The notes under the pieces were generated by a model. It was not told where the DNA came from and searched no databases. It was given only the letters and a program-made list of their open reading frames with translations. 64,000 nt of DNA from Heptranchias perlo. Lineage: Eukaryota. The position numbers and the translations under genes are program-made. Below are positions 36,700-50,465 of this stretch, piece by piece; positions within the stretch are counted from its first letter, which is position 1, and each line of letters opens with the position of its first letter. The stretch spans positions 37,882,001 to 37,946,000 of the forward strand of contig NC_090353.1 of NCBI RefSeq assembly GCF_035084215.1. Direction: 5' to 3'.

Positions 36700-38743
36700 C
36701 TGCAAACTCCACTCACCCAGTGTGAACAAACTCCACTAACCCAGTGTGAACAAACTCCACTCACCCAGTGTGAGCAAACTCCACTAACCCAGTGTGAGCA
36801 AACTCCACTAACCCAGTGTGAGCAAACTCCAGGAGCCCAGTGTGAGCAAACTCCACTAACCCAGTGTGAGCAAACTCCACTAACCCAGTGTGAGCAAACT
36901 CCAGGAGCCCAGTGTGAGCAAACTCCACTAACCCAGTGTGAGCAAACTCCACTAACCCAGTGTGAGCAAACTCCAGGAGCCCAGTGTGAGCAAACTCCAC
37001 TAACCCAGTGTGAGCAAACTCCACTAACCCAGTGTGAGCAAACTCCAGCAGCCCAGTGTGAACAAACTCCCGGAGCCCAGTGTGAACAAACTCCCGGAGC
37101 CCAGTGTGAGCAAACTCCAGGAGCCCAGTGTGAACAAACTCCACTAACCCAGTGTGAGCAAACTCCACTAACCCAGTGTGAGCAAACTCCAGGAGCCCAG
37201 TGTGAGCAAACTCCACTAACCCAGTGTGAGCAAACTCCACTAACCCAGTGTGAGCAAACTCCAGCAGCCCAGTGTGAACAAACTCCACTAACCCAGTGTG
37301 AGCAAACTCCAGGAGCCCAGTGTGAGCAAACTCCAGGAGCCCAGTGTGAACAAACTCCACTAACCCAGTGTGAGCAAACTCCACTAACCCAGTGTGAGCA
37401 AACTCCACTAACCCAGTGTGAGCAAACTCCAGGAGCCCAGTGTGAACAAACTCCACTCACCCAGTGTGAACAAACTCCACTCACCCAGTGTGAACAAACT
37501 CCACTAACCCAGTGTGAGCAAACTCCACTAACCCAGTGTGAGCAAACTCCACTAACCCAGTGTGAGCAAACTCCAGGAGCCCAGTGTGAGCAAACTCCAC
37601 TAACCCAGTGTGAGCAAACTCCACTAACCCACTGTGAGCAAACTCCACTAACCCAGTGTGAGCAAACTCCAGGAGCCCAGTGTGAGCAAACTCCACTAAC
37701 CCAGTGTGAGCAAACTCCACTAACCCAGTGTGAGCAAACTCCAGCAGCCCAGTGTGAACAAACTCCACTAACCCAGTGTGAGCAAACTCCAGGAGCCCAG
37801 TGTGAGCAAACTCCAGGAGCCCAGTGTGAACAAACTCCACTAACCCAGTGTGAGCAAACTCCACTAACCCAGTGTGAGCAAACTCCAGGAGCCCAGTGTG
37901 AGCAAACTCCACTAACCCAGTGTGAGCAAACTCCACTAACCCAGTGTGAGCAAACTCCAGCAGCCCAGTGTGAACAAACTCCACTAACCCAGTGTGAGCA
38001 AACTCCAGGAGCCCAGTGTGAGCAAACTCCAGGAGCCCAGTGTGAACAAACTCCACTAACCCAGTGTGAGCAAACTCCACTAACCCAGTGTGAGCAAACT
38101 CCACTAACCCAGTGTGAGCAAACTCCAGGAGCCCAGTGTGAGCAAACTCCACTAACCCAGTGTGAGCAAACTCCACTAACCCAGTGTGAGCAAACTCCAC
38201 TAACCCAGTGTGAGCAAACTCCAGGAGCCCAGTGTGAGCAAACTCCACTAACCCAGTGTGAGCAAACTCCACTAACCCAGTGTGAGCAAACTCCAGCAGC
38301 CCAGTGTGAACAAACTCCACTAACCCAGTGTGAGCAAACTCCACTAACCCAGTGTGAGCAAACTCCAGGAGCCCAGTGTGAGCAAACTCCACTAACCCAG
38401 TGTGAGCAAACTCCAGCAGCCCAGTGTGAGCATACTCCACTAACCCAGTGTGAGCAAACTCCAGCAGCCCAGTGTGAACAAACTCCCGGAGCCCAGTGTG
38501 AACAAACTCCCGGAGCCCAGTGTGAACAAACTCCACTAACCCAGTGTGAGCAAACTCCAGCAGCCCAGTGTGAACAAACTCCAGCAGCCCAGTGTGAACA
38601 AACTCCACTAACCCAGTGTGAACAAACTCCACTAACCCAGTGTGAGCAAACTCCAGCAGCCCAGTGTGAACAAACTCCACTAACCCAGTGTGAACAAACT
38701 CCACTAACCCAGTGTGAGCAAACTCCAGCAGCCCAGTGTGAAC
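36700..38743. repeat. 24-bp minisatellite, about 85 copies
   Basis: Unit cccagtgtgagcaaactccactaa with variants (aggag, agcag, cggag). Confidence 0.95.
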
Positions 38744-39319
38744 AGTCAAACCTCACCACTGACCAGTGCTTCTAAAGGCCAGGATTGCTCCCAAAGTGCA
38801 AAGCTGTCATCTCCTGTAGCTACAGCCCATTCACCCTCCCCAGTGCTGCTAAATGTCAGCGGGTGCATTCCATGGGGATTCTCCTGCTTTGTTGGTAGAG
38901 CCACAGAAACCCCAGGGAAATGACAGAAATTAAATGCATTCCTTAACGAACTAAGAGCCTCTTCCTTTACCTCAGTAATTATCTCTTTTAAACTTACGAT
39001 TTATGTCAGTGTGGGTGCTCAATGGGAACAGCCATTGGAGAACCAAAGAGCATCCTGAGGCCAAGAAAATAGCAGATTCTCAGGCTTATCTTGAGCAATG
39101 TCACAGGAGGTGTGCTAGTAGAGATTGAGCAAGAGAGGGTGGAGAGAAAGGCAAGGAGAGAAAGACAGAGACCCGCAGAAAGAGGGCGATGGGAAAAAGA
39201 GAGAGGGCCTGGGAGAGATGCCGAGCTCACAGCCGGAGACACGGGTAGATGTGGGGGAGCTCACTCTCTTCCATCACCAGCCTGTGTTGATCCCTAACTC
39301 TCAGCCTCACTGCTTCTCC

Positions 39320-39530
39320 TACATGTTACCTACATGTTACAGATATGTTACCCATGTGTTACCTACATGTACCCTACATGTTACCTACATGTACCCTACA
39401 TGTTATCTACATGTTATCTACATGTTACCTACATGTACCCGACATGTTATCTACATGTATCCTACATGTACCATACATGTTACCTACATGTACTCTACAT
39501 GTACCCTACATGTTATCTACATGTTACCTG
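39320..39530. repeat. (ctacatgttac)-type short tandem repeat
   Basis: Repeated tacatgt core. Confidence 0.85.
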
Positions 39531-40355
39531 CACAGGTAAATAAACAACAAAAACTGGAACCCTGAATCGAAAAACTGAAACCTAGAAAATCTCAATGGCC
39601 TCAAGATCTTTCAGACCTGGGTGGGTTTTAAGTCAGATTGCAGATAGTTTCTCCACCGGGTCACGATGATTTCTTCAGCATTATTGTATTATTTAACATT
39701 TTCACATATGGAATACAGTATTTTGCTGTTAACCAGATTTTGTTATGTTAAAATAAACTTACTCACTTTATGTAAAAGCCTTTTTCCTGTAACTTTAATA
39801 AATGATAATCAAACCCTCCTTTGTCTCTTCCTGCTCAGTTTTACTGGACTGATTTCTGAACAATTTTGTTTCATTTCTGCGAGGTTAAAATAACCCCCTC
39901 TCTCGCCAGAGTGAAGATTAGCCTGAGTCCCACGCTGTTTAAACTTTCAACAGGGACAATTTTCAACAGACTGCTTCCATCGGGAGAGAGACGGACAAGC
40001 CAAGCACACGGCCCACCCAGTCCCGGCAGGCAGGGACCCCAGTGCAGAGCGAGTCATTGCAAATTATTATCCCAGGGAGGGCTGTGCAGGGTCGCACATC
40101 GGAGGGGTCGATTTTTGGAGAGCCTGAAGGAGCGTTACTGTGTTCCTCTTCTTTTTAACCCCTTCAAACACAGCCCTGCTCACTCACTCACTCAGTATAT
40201 GCGGCCAATGACCTGCTGCATCAATCCCTGGTGCTTTACAGTTACCCAACACCCGAATATCCTTCTTCTTCAAAATGCTACATCAGTGGGCAAAACAAGT
40301 ATGGTGGCACTTTTCTGAATCTGTGGGAAGCCCCCATGACGCCCCTGTGACGAAC

Positions 40356-41290
40356 GCCTGTCACTACTGTACCATGAGGTGGCCCTGTCACTACTGTACC
40401 ATAAGGTGGGCCTGTCACTACTGTACCATGAGGTGGGCCTGTCACTACTGTACCATGACGTGGGCCTGTCACTACTGTACCATAAGGTGGGCCTGTCACT
40501 ACTGTACCATAAGGTGGGCCTGTCACTACTGCACCATGAGGTGGGCCTGTCACTACTGTACCATGAAGTGGCCCTGTCACTACTGTACCATAAGGTGGGC
40601 CTGTCACTACTGTACCATGAAGTGGCCCTGTCACTACTGTACCATAAGGTGGGCCTGTCACTACTGTACCATAAGGTGGGCCTGTCACTACTGTACCATG
40701 AGGTGGCCCTGTCACTACTGTACCATAAGGTGGGCCTGTCACTACTGTACCATGAGGTGGCCCTGTCACTACTGCACCATGAGGTGGGCCTGTCACTACT
40801 GTACCATGACGTGGGCCTGTCACTACTGTACCATGACGTGGGCCTGTCACTACTGCACCATGAGGTGGGCCTGTCACTACTGTACCATGACGTGGGCCTG
40901 TCACTACTGTACCATGACGTGGGCCTGTCACTACTGCACCATGAGGTGGGCCTGTCACTACTGTACCATGAAGTGGGCCTGTCACTACTGTACCATAAGG
41001 TGGGCCTGTCACTACTGTACCATGACGTGGGCCTGTCACTACTGCACCATGAGGTGGGCCTGTCACTACTGTACCATGACGTGGGCCTGTCACTACTGCA
41101 CCATGAGGTGGGCCTGTCACTACTGTACCATGATGTGGGCCTGTCACTACTGCACCATGAGGTGGCCCTGTCACTACTGTACCATGACGTGGGCCTGTCA
41201 CTACTGTACCATGAGGTGGCCCTGTCACTACTGTACCATGACGTGGGCCTGTCACTACTGTACCATGACGTGGGCCTGTCACTACTGGAT
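40356..41290. repeat. 27-bp minisatellite, about 34 copies; resumes at 45412-45665
   Basis: Unit gcctgtcactactgtaccatgaggtgg. Confidence 0.95.
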
Positions 41291-41417
41291 CACGAATTGG
41301 CACTTCTTTTTTATTCATTCATGGGAAGTGGGCATCACCTGGCAAGGCCAACATTTATTGTCCATCCCTAATTGTCCTTGAGAATGTGGTGGTGAGCCGT
41401 CTTCTTGAACCACTGCA

Positions 41418-43790
41418 AGGCCTGAGCCAGGTGGTGAGCGAACCAACAAGAGGGAAAAACTTACTTGACTTCATCATCACCAATCTACCTGTCGCAGATG
41501 CATCTGTCCATGACAGTATTGGTAGGAGTGACCACTGCACAGTCCTCGTGGAGACGAAGTCCCGTCTTCGCACTGAGGACACCGTCCAACGTGTTGTGTG
41601 GCACTATCACCGTGCTAAATGGGATAGATTCAGAACAGATCTAGCAGCTCAAAACTGGGCATCCATGAGGTGCTGTGGGCCATCAGCAGCAGCAGAATTG
41701 TATTCCAGCACAATCCGTAACCTTATGGCCCGGCATATTCCTCACTCTACCATTACCAACAAGCCAGGGGATCAACCCTGGTTCAATGAGGAGTGTAGAA
41801 GAGCATGCCAGGAGCAGCATCAGGCATACCTAAAAATGAGGTGCCAACCTGGTGAAGCTACAACTCAGGACGACATGCATGCTAAATGGCGGAAGCAACA
41901 TGCTATAGACAGAGCTAAGCGATTCCACAACCAACGGATCAGATCAAAGCTCTGCAGTCCTGCCACATCCAGTCGTGAATGGTGGTGGACAATTAAACAA
42001 CTAACGGGAGGAGGAGGCTCTGCAAACATCCCCATTCTCAATGATGGCGCAGTCCAGCACGTGAATGCAAAAGACAAGGCTGAAGCATTTGCAACCATCT
42101 TCAGCCAGAAGTGCCGAGTGGATGATCCATCTCAGCCTCCTCCCGACATCCCCACCATCACAGAAGCCAGTCTTCAGCCAATTCGATTCACTCCACGTGA
42201 TATCAAGAAACGGCTGAGTGCACTGGATACAGCAAAGGCTATGGGCCCCGACAACATCCCGGCTGTAGTGCTGAAGACTTGTGCTCCAGAACTAGCTGCG
42301 CCTCTAGCCAAGCTGTTCCAGTACAGCTACAACACTGGCATCTACCCAACAATGTGGAAAATTGCCCAGTTATGTCCTGTCCACAAAAAGCAGGACAAAT
42401 CCAATCCGGCCAATTACCGCCCCATCAGTCTACTCTCAATCATCAGCAAAGTGATGGAAGGTGTCGTCGACAGTGCTATCAAGCGGCACTTACTCACCAA
42501 TAACCTGCTCACCGATGCTCAGTTTGGGTTCCGCCAGGACCACTCTGCTCCAGACCTCATTACAGCCTTGGTCCAAACGTGGACAAAAGAGCTGAATTGC
42601 AGAGGTGAGGTGAGAGTGACTGCCCTTGACATCAAGGCAGCATTTGACCGAGTGTGGCACCAAGGAGCCCTAGTAAAATTGAAGTCAATGGGAATCAGGG
42701 GGAAAACTCTCCAGTGGCTGGAGTCATACCTAGCACAAAGGAAGATGGTAATGGTCGTTGGAGGCCAATCATCTCAGCCCCAGGGCATTGCTGCAGGAGT
42801 TCCTCAGGGCAGTGTCCTCGGCCCAACCATCTTCAGCTACTTCATCAATGACCTTCCCTCCATCATAAGGTCAGAAATGGGGATGTTCGCTGATGATTGC
42901 ACAGTGTTCAGTTCCATTTGCAATCCCTCAGATAATGAAGCAGTCCGAGCCCGCATGCAGCAAGACCTGGACAACATCCAGGCTTGGACTCATAAGTGGC
43001 AAGTAACATTCGCGCCAGACAAATGCCAGGCAATGACCATCTCTAACAAGAGAGAGTCTAACCACCTCCCCTTGACATTCAACGGCATTACCATCGCCGA
43101 ATCCCCCACCATCAACATCCTGGGGTCACCATTGACCAGAAACTTAACTGGACCAGCCATATAAATACTGTGGCTACAGGAGCAGGTCAGAGGCTGGGTA
43201 TTCTGCAGCGAGTGACTCACCTCCTGACTCCCCAAAGCCTTCCCACCATCTACAAGGCACAAGTCAGGAGTGTGATGGAATACTCTCCACTTGCTTGGAT
43301 GAGTGCAGCTCCAACAACACTCAAGAAGCTCAACACCATCCAGGACAAAGCAGCCCGCTTGATTGGCACCCCATCCACCACCCTAAACATTCACTCCCTT
43401 CACCACCGGCGCACAGTGGCTGCAGTGTGTACCATCCACAGGATGCACTGCAGCAACTCGCCAAGGCTTCTTCGACAGCACCTCCCAAACCCGCAGCCTC
43501 TACCACCTAGAAGGACAAGAGCAGCAGGTACATGGGAACTACACCACCTGCACGTTCCCCTCCAAGTCACACGCCATCCCGACTTGGAAATATATCGCCG
43601 TTCCTTCATCGTCGCTGGGTAAAAATCCTGGAACTCCCTTCCTAACAGCACTGTGGGAGAACCTTCACCACACGGACTGCAGCGGTTCAAGAAGGCGGCT
43701 CACCACCACCTTCTCAAGGGCAATTAGGGATGGGCAATAAATGCCGGCCTCGCCAGCGACGCCCACATCCCATGAACGAATAAAAAAAAA
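41418..43790 (+). mobile_element. LINE family A, 2.4 kb (end of APE, linker, RT, 3' UTR, polyA), frameshifted
   Basis: PTRGKNLLD...SDH, KAMGPDNIP, YRPISLLS, QFGFR, QGSVLGP, FADD; one G missing near 43125 relative to the 2452-3615 copy. Confidence 0.93.
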
Positions 43791-43796
43791 TTCCAT

Positions 43797-45411
43797 GTGC
43801 CACACTCGGTCAAATGCTGCCTTGATGTCAAGGGCAGTCACTCTCTCCTCACCTCTGGAATTCAGCTCTTTTGTCCATGTTTGGACCAAGGCTGTAATGA
43901 GGTCTGGAGCCGAGTGGTCCTGGCGGAACCCAAACTGAGCATCGGTGAGCAGGTTATTGGTGAGTAAGTGCCGCTTGATAGCACTGTCGACGACACCTTC
44001 CATCACTTTGCTGATGATTGAGAGTAGACTGATGGGGCGGTAATTGGCCGGATTGGATTTGTCCTGCTTTTTGTGGACAGGACATACCTGGGCAATTTTC
44101 CACATTGTCGGGTAGATGCCAGTGTTGTAGCTGTACTGGAACAGCTTGGCTAGAGGCGCAGCTAGTTCTGGAGCACAAGTCTTCAGCACGACAGCCAGGA
44201 TGTTGTCGGGAACCATAGCCTTTGATGTATCCGGTGCACTCAGCCGTTTCTTGATATCACATGGAGTGAATCGAATTGGCTGAAGACTGGCTTCTGTGAT
44301 GGTGGAGATATCGGGAGGAGGCCGAGAGGGATCATCCACTCGGCACTTCTGGCTGAAGATGGTTGCAAACGCTTCAGCCTTGTCCTTTGCATTCTCGTGC
44401 TGGACTCCGCCATCATTGAGGATGGGGATAGAATCATAGAATCATAGACGTTTACAACATGGAAACAGGCCCTTCGGCCCAACATGTCCATGTCGCCCAG
44501 TTTATACCACTAAGCTAGTCCCAATTGCCTGCACTTGGCCCATATCCCTCTATACCCATCTTACCCATGTAACTGTCCAAATGCTTTTTAAAAGACAAAA
44601 TTGTACCCGCCTCTACTACTGCCTCTGGCAGCTCGTTCCAGACACTCACCACCCTTTGAGTGAAAAAATTGCCCCTCTGGACCCTTTTGTATCTCTCCCC
44701 TCTCACCTTAAATCTATGCCCCCTCGTTATAGACTCCCCTACCTTTGGGAAAAGATTTTGACTATCTACCTTATCTATGCCCCTCATTATTTTATAGACT
44801 TCTATAAGATCACCCCTAAACCTCCTACTCTCCAGGGAAAAAAGTCTCAGTCTATCCAACCTCTCCCTATAAGTCAAACCATCAAGTCCCGGTAGCATCC
44901 TAGTAAATCTTTTCTGCACTCTTTCTAGTTTAATAATATCCTTTCTATAATAGGGTGACCAGAACTGTACACAGTATTCCAAGTGTGGCCTTACTAATGT
45001 CTTGTACAACTTCAATAAGACATCCCAACTCCTGTATTCAATGTTCTGACCAATGAAACCAAGCATGCTGAATGCCTTCTTCACCACCCTATCCACCTGT
45101 GACTCCACTTTCAAGGAGCTATGAACCTGTTCTATAACTCTCCCCAACGCCCTACCATTAACGGAGTAGGTCCTGGTCCGATTCGATCTACCAAAATTCA
45201 TGTTCATGGAGCCTCCTCCTCCCGTTAGTGGTTTAATTGTCTAGCACTATTCACGACTGGATGTGGCAGGACTGCAAAGCTTTGATCTGATCCATTGGTT
45301 GTGGAATCGCTTAGCTCTGTCTATAGCATGTTGCTTCCGCTGTTTAGCATGCATGTAGTCCTGAGTTGTAGCTTCACCAGGTTGGCACCTCATTTTTAGG
45401 TATGCTTGGTG
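43797..45411 (-). mobile_element. LINE family A internal fragment, interrupted by CR1 (44429-45200, - strand)
   Basis: Reverse complement of about 41815-42660; CR1 ORF 44515-45207 with (agaatcat)n tail. Confidence 0.88.
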
Positions 45412-45665
45412 CTGTCACTACTGGATCAGGGGATGGCCCTGTCACTACTGGATTGGGGAATGGCCCTGTCACTACTGGAGCATGAGGTGGCCCTGTCACT
45501 ACTGGATCAGGGGATGGCCCTGTCACTACTGGAGCATGAGGTGGCCCTGTCACTACTGGATCATGTGATGGCCCTGTCACTACTGTACCATGAGGTAGCC
45601 CTGTACTATTGGATGAAGAGTTTGCCCTGTCACTACTGGATCAGTGTCGGCCCTGTCACTATTGG
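45412..45665. repeat. Degenerate continuation of the 27-bp minisatellite
   Basis: ggccctgtcactactgga... units. Confidence 0.85.
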
Positions 45666-46609
45666 ATAGCAAGACCGTTGAATTCTCCACTCAGTACAGC
45701 TCCCCAGCACCAGTCCCTTTGGACACTGTACTTAGTTTGTCTGTAGTCCAGCCGACATCATTCCCCTAACTAGCACCCACTGATTCATCTCTTTCATCCA
45801 GTTCCTTAACCACCTCCAGTTTTTACCTAAGATACCCACAGTCTTAAGCTGTGTAGCAGCCTTTCATGTGGAACATTAAGGAAGGTTTTATGGAAGGATA
45901 GTGTTGTATCACTGACCTTTCCCATGTTCACTTGGGTTGCCATTTCCTCAAAAAAATCAAGCAGGTTAGTCGGACGGGATGTTTCCCAACTGGAACCAGG
46001 TCAGCTTCCACTTACCAGATTAATGTCGTCCAGCTCCCCATCAACTTTATTTCTAATCATCAATTCCTTTATTTCACACTTACAGATGTAAGGCTAATTA
46101 CCCAGGTTTGTTTGATCACTTTTCTTGAAAATAAGTACCAAGCTGGCTCGGTTTCACTTAGTGTGACCTCTGTATTCAGTGACCCCTCTCCCCCGTGATG
46201 ACTGCCAGCACTTTGCAGATTTTGTCCCTTTCCATCGTCACCCATCCTCCGATAATCATTGGTTTTGAGCCTTCTCAGCTTGTCCAGGATGTCTCTGTAG
46301 CGATGTCAAAATCATTAAATGTAGTTTTTAAAATTTCCTATGACGGGAGGAACACTGCTGAATATTTCCAGAAGTTAATCATTTATTACGTTCACTAATT
46401 TTAGTTGATTTGTAGCTCAAACCCTGTTTACACCCTTAAGGGTTCTGAATTCTCCTTTCAACACCCTCTTGCTGTTATAACCTGGAAGAATTTCCTCCTG
46501 CTGCATTTGGCTTCTCCAGCACGGCTCATTTCTCCCTCTTTACATCCCGACCATCTTATAGCATTCGCTGTATTTGTCCCCGTGATTCCCCTCATCTTTC
46601 TCCCTACAG

Positions 46610-48160
46610 GTTTGTAGAATTGGTTTGGGGTATTGGTTAATGGTATTGGTATGGGGTATCGGTTTGTAGTATTGGTTTGCGCTTTCGGTTTGTAGTATTA
46701 GTTTGTGGTATCAGTTTGTATTATTGGTTTGGGGTATCGGTTTGTAATATTGGTTTGTAGTATTGGTTTGTAGTATTGGTTTGTGGTATTGGTTTGTGGT
46801 ATTGGTTTGTAGTATTGGTTTGTGGTATCGGTTTGTGGTATTGGTTTGTGGTATTGGTTTGTAGTATTGGTTTGTGGTATCAGTTTGTAATATTGGTTTG
46901 TGGTATTGGTTTGTGGTATCAGTTTGTAGTATTGGTTTGTGGTATCAGTTTGTAATATTGGTTTGTGGTATTGGTTTGTGGTATTGGTTTGTAGTATTGG
47001 TTTGTGGTATCAGTTTGTAATATTGGTTTGTGGTATTGGTTTGTGGTATCAGTTTGTAGTATTGGTTTGTGGTATCAGTTTGTAATATTGGTTTGTGGTA
47101 TTGGTTTGTGGTATCAGTTTGTAGTATTGGCTTGTGGTATCAGTTTGTAATATTGGTTTGTGGTATAGGTTTGTAGTATTGGTTTGTATTATTGGTTTGT
47201 GGTATCGGTTTGTATTATTGGTTTGTAGTATTGGTTTGTATTATTGGTTTGTAGTATTGGTTTGGGGTATCGGTTTGTAGTATTGGTTGGTGGTATTGGT
47301 TTGTAGTATTGGTTTGTAGTATTGGTTTGTATTATTGGTTTGTGGTATCGGTTTGTATTATTGGTTTGTAGTATTGGTTTGTAATATTGGTTTGTAGTTT
47401 TGGTTTGTGGTATCAGTTTGTAATATTGGTTTGTAGTATTGGTTTGCGGTATCGGTTTGTAGTATTGGTTTGTGGTATCGGTTTGTATTATTGGTTTGTG
47501 GTATCGGTTTGTATTATTGGTTTGTAGTATTGGTTTGGGGTATTGGTTTGTAGTTTTGGTTTGTGGTATCAGTTTGTAATATTGGTTTGTAGTATTGGTT
47601 TGCGGTATCGGTTTGTAATATTGGTTTGTAGTATTGGTTTGTGGTATCAGTTTGTAATATTGGTTTGTAATATTGGTTTGTAGTATTGGTTTGTAGTTTT
47701 GGTTTGTGGTATCAGTTTGTAATATTGGTTTGTAGTATTGGTTTGGGGTATTGGTTTGTAGTTTTGGTTTGTGGTATCAGTTTGTAATATTGGTTTGTAG
47801 TATTGGTTTGGGGTATTGGTTTGTAGTTTTGGTTTGTGGTATCAGTTTGTAATATTGGTTTGTAGTATTGGTTTGCGGTATCGGTTTGTAGTATTAGTTG
47901 GTGGTATTGGTTTGTAGTATTGGTTTGTAGTATTGGTTTGTAATATTGCTTTGTAGTATTGGTTTGCGGTATCAGTTTGTAGTATTGGTTTGCAGTATCA
48001 GTTTGTAATATTGGTTTGTGGTATCGGTTTGTAATATTGGTTTGTAGTATTGGTTTGTGGTATCGGTTTGCCGTATCGGTTTATAGTATTGATTTGTAAT
48101 ATTGGTTTACGGTATTGGTTTACGGTATTGGTTTGTAGTATCGGTTTATAGTATTGGTTA
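46610..48160. repeat. 13-bp minisatellite (tattggtttgtag), over 100 copies
   Basis: Direct reading of tandem units. Confidence 0.95.
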
Positions 48161-48884
48161 GTCCCACATCATGTCCTATTCAGTCACGTGATGGTTGCTG
48201 TCACTACTTCGATTCTCAGTTTGTGATCTGTGTCCCGTGCTCGGTTCAGATGAATTTTGTACTGTCCTCTCTGGCACATCGAAAAGTACATTTTAACTTT
48301 TGAGATCGGTCAAAAAGATGGAAAAAGAAACAGTATTTGAATCCAGAGCAGGAAATGTGTGTGAGAGAGATATGATATTGTTATATTATCTCAGATACAA
48401 AAGTAAGCATGAATTCTGATAACGTAACATGATAAATAAAAACCCTTCCTTTTAAAGCTGTCAAAATCCACAAGTAACTTCCATATTTTAAAGTTTATCA
48501 TTAAAATAATTGTTTCAAATGAGATCTGTTTAGGAGATAAATGGAACTTGCTGCAAAGACAGAACTTAATCCATGGCACTGAACTAACACTGCAGATATT
48601 AGTAGATGAGCACTTAATATGTTTGTACGAAATTCCCTTGCCCGATTTTGAATGGAAGGACTGACATGTGCCAGTCTCTAATCTCCATCAGTTCCAGGGC
48701 GAGCAACTGGTGCCAAGCAGCGCCAATCAATGCTGCCAGGCTCACACTCGCAGGATTTCTGTCTCTGCTCAGAAAATATTAAAACAAAGCTCAGTAGAAC
48801 ACGTTTCGGAGCAACATTTCATTTTAGTCATGTTCTTTCCTTTTGCTTCCAATTTTCTCACCTCCTCTCCTGAAGGTGTTAATT

Positions 48885-50045
48885 CTCCCTGGGCTGCAGT
48901 TCCCCGGGCATTGACTCTCCCTGGGGTACAGTTCGCCGGGCATTGACTCTCCCTGGGGTACAGTTCCCCGGGCATTGACTCTCCCTGGGGTACAGTTCCC
49001 CGGGCATTGACTCTCCCTGGGGTACAGTTCCCCGGGCAATGACTCTCCCTGGGGTACAGTTCGCCGGGCAATGACTCTCCCTGGGGTACAGTTCCCCAGG
49101 CATTGACTCTCCCTGGGGTACAGTTCCCTGGGCGCTGACTCTCCCTGGGGTACAGTTCCCTGGGCGCTGACTCTCCCTGGGGTACAGTTCCCCGGGCATT
49201 GACTCTCCCTGGGGTACAGTTCCCCAGGCATTGACTCTCCCTGGGGTACAGTTCCCTGGGCGCTGACTCTCCCTGGGGTACAGTTCCCCAGGCAATGACT
49301 CTCCCTGGGGTACAGTTCCCCGGGCATTGGCTCTCCCTGGGGTACAGTTCCCTGGGCGCTGACTCTCACTGGGGTACAGTTCCCCGGGCAATGACTCTCC
49401 CTGGGGTACAGTTCCCCGGGCCATGACTCTCCCTGGGGTACAGTTCCCTGGGCGCTGACTCTCCCTGGGGTACAATTCTCTGGGCATTGGCTCTCCCTGG
49501 GATACAGTTCCCCGGGTGCTTAGTCTCACTGGGGTACAGTTCCCGGACACAGACTCTCACTGGGGTACAGTTCCCGGACACTGACTCTCACTGGGGTACA
49601 GTTCCCCGGGCAATGACTCTCCCTGGCATACAGTTCCCCGGGCAATGACTCTCACTGGGGTACAGTTCCCCGGGCAATGACTCTCCCTGGCATACAGTTC
49701 CCCGGGCAATGACTCTCCCTGGGGTACAGTTCCCAGACACTGACTCTCCCTGGGGTACAGTTCCCAGACACTGACTTTCACTGGGGTACAGTTCCCAGAC
49801 ACTGACTCTCCCTGGGGTACAGTTCCCTGGGCACTGACTCTCACTGGGGTACAGTTCCCTGGGCACTGACTCTCACTGGGGTACAGTTCCCCGGGCATTG
49901 GCTCTCCCTGGGATACATTTCCCCGGGTGCTGACTCTCACTGGGGTACAGTTCCCTGGGCACTGACTCTCACTGGGGTTCAGTTCCCCGGGCATTATCTC
50001 TCCCTGGGGTACATTTCCCCGGGTGCTGACTCTCCCTGGGGTGCG
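48885..50045. repeat. 32-bp minisatellite, about 36 copies
   Basis: Unit gactctccctggggtacagttccccgggcatt. Confidence 0.95.
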
Positions 50046-50465
50046 GGTTCCACGGGCACCATGTCCTCTCCACAACCTTGCCCGAGTGACCATGTGTGAA
50101 CCTAGTCAGGAGATTTGGCCTTGGGACGGAGTGTAATATTTCAACTGAATTCGATCTTGTCCTCACCTGACATTCACACAAATAGAAGGTGAAATTGGTC
50201 TTTACCAGCAGCGTGAAACAGGCTCGTAGTAAATCTGTGGCCTGTTTTCTAACACACCCAGTTATCCTTTCCATTGAAGTCAGTCGGGTCCAGTGTAAAA
50301 TGAGCTGCCGATTCACAATGAGCCCATTTTGTGTTACTGGCAAAGACCAATTGCACTCCCCTCCTGTCCAGGATCGGTCACCTGACACTATGTCAGGAGC
50401 TGGATCCCAGGCCGATTTACTCCTCTCCAGCTCAGGCATTGAGAATACATTTTATAGAATAAACA

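Noticed and set aside
34826-38759. ORFs of 390-693 aa (GGRLRVGG, CSHWVSGV, EFAHTGLV repeats)
   Set aside because: Stop-free tandem repeat translations in multiple overlapping frames.
40275-41381. Cys/His-rich ORF (ACHYCTMRW)n resembling a metal- or heme-binding protein
   Set aside because: 27-bp minisatellite open in several frames, running into LINE sequence; no splice or promoter support.
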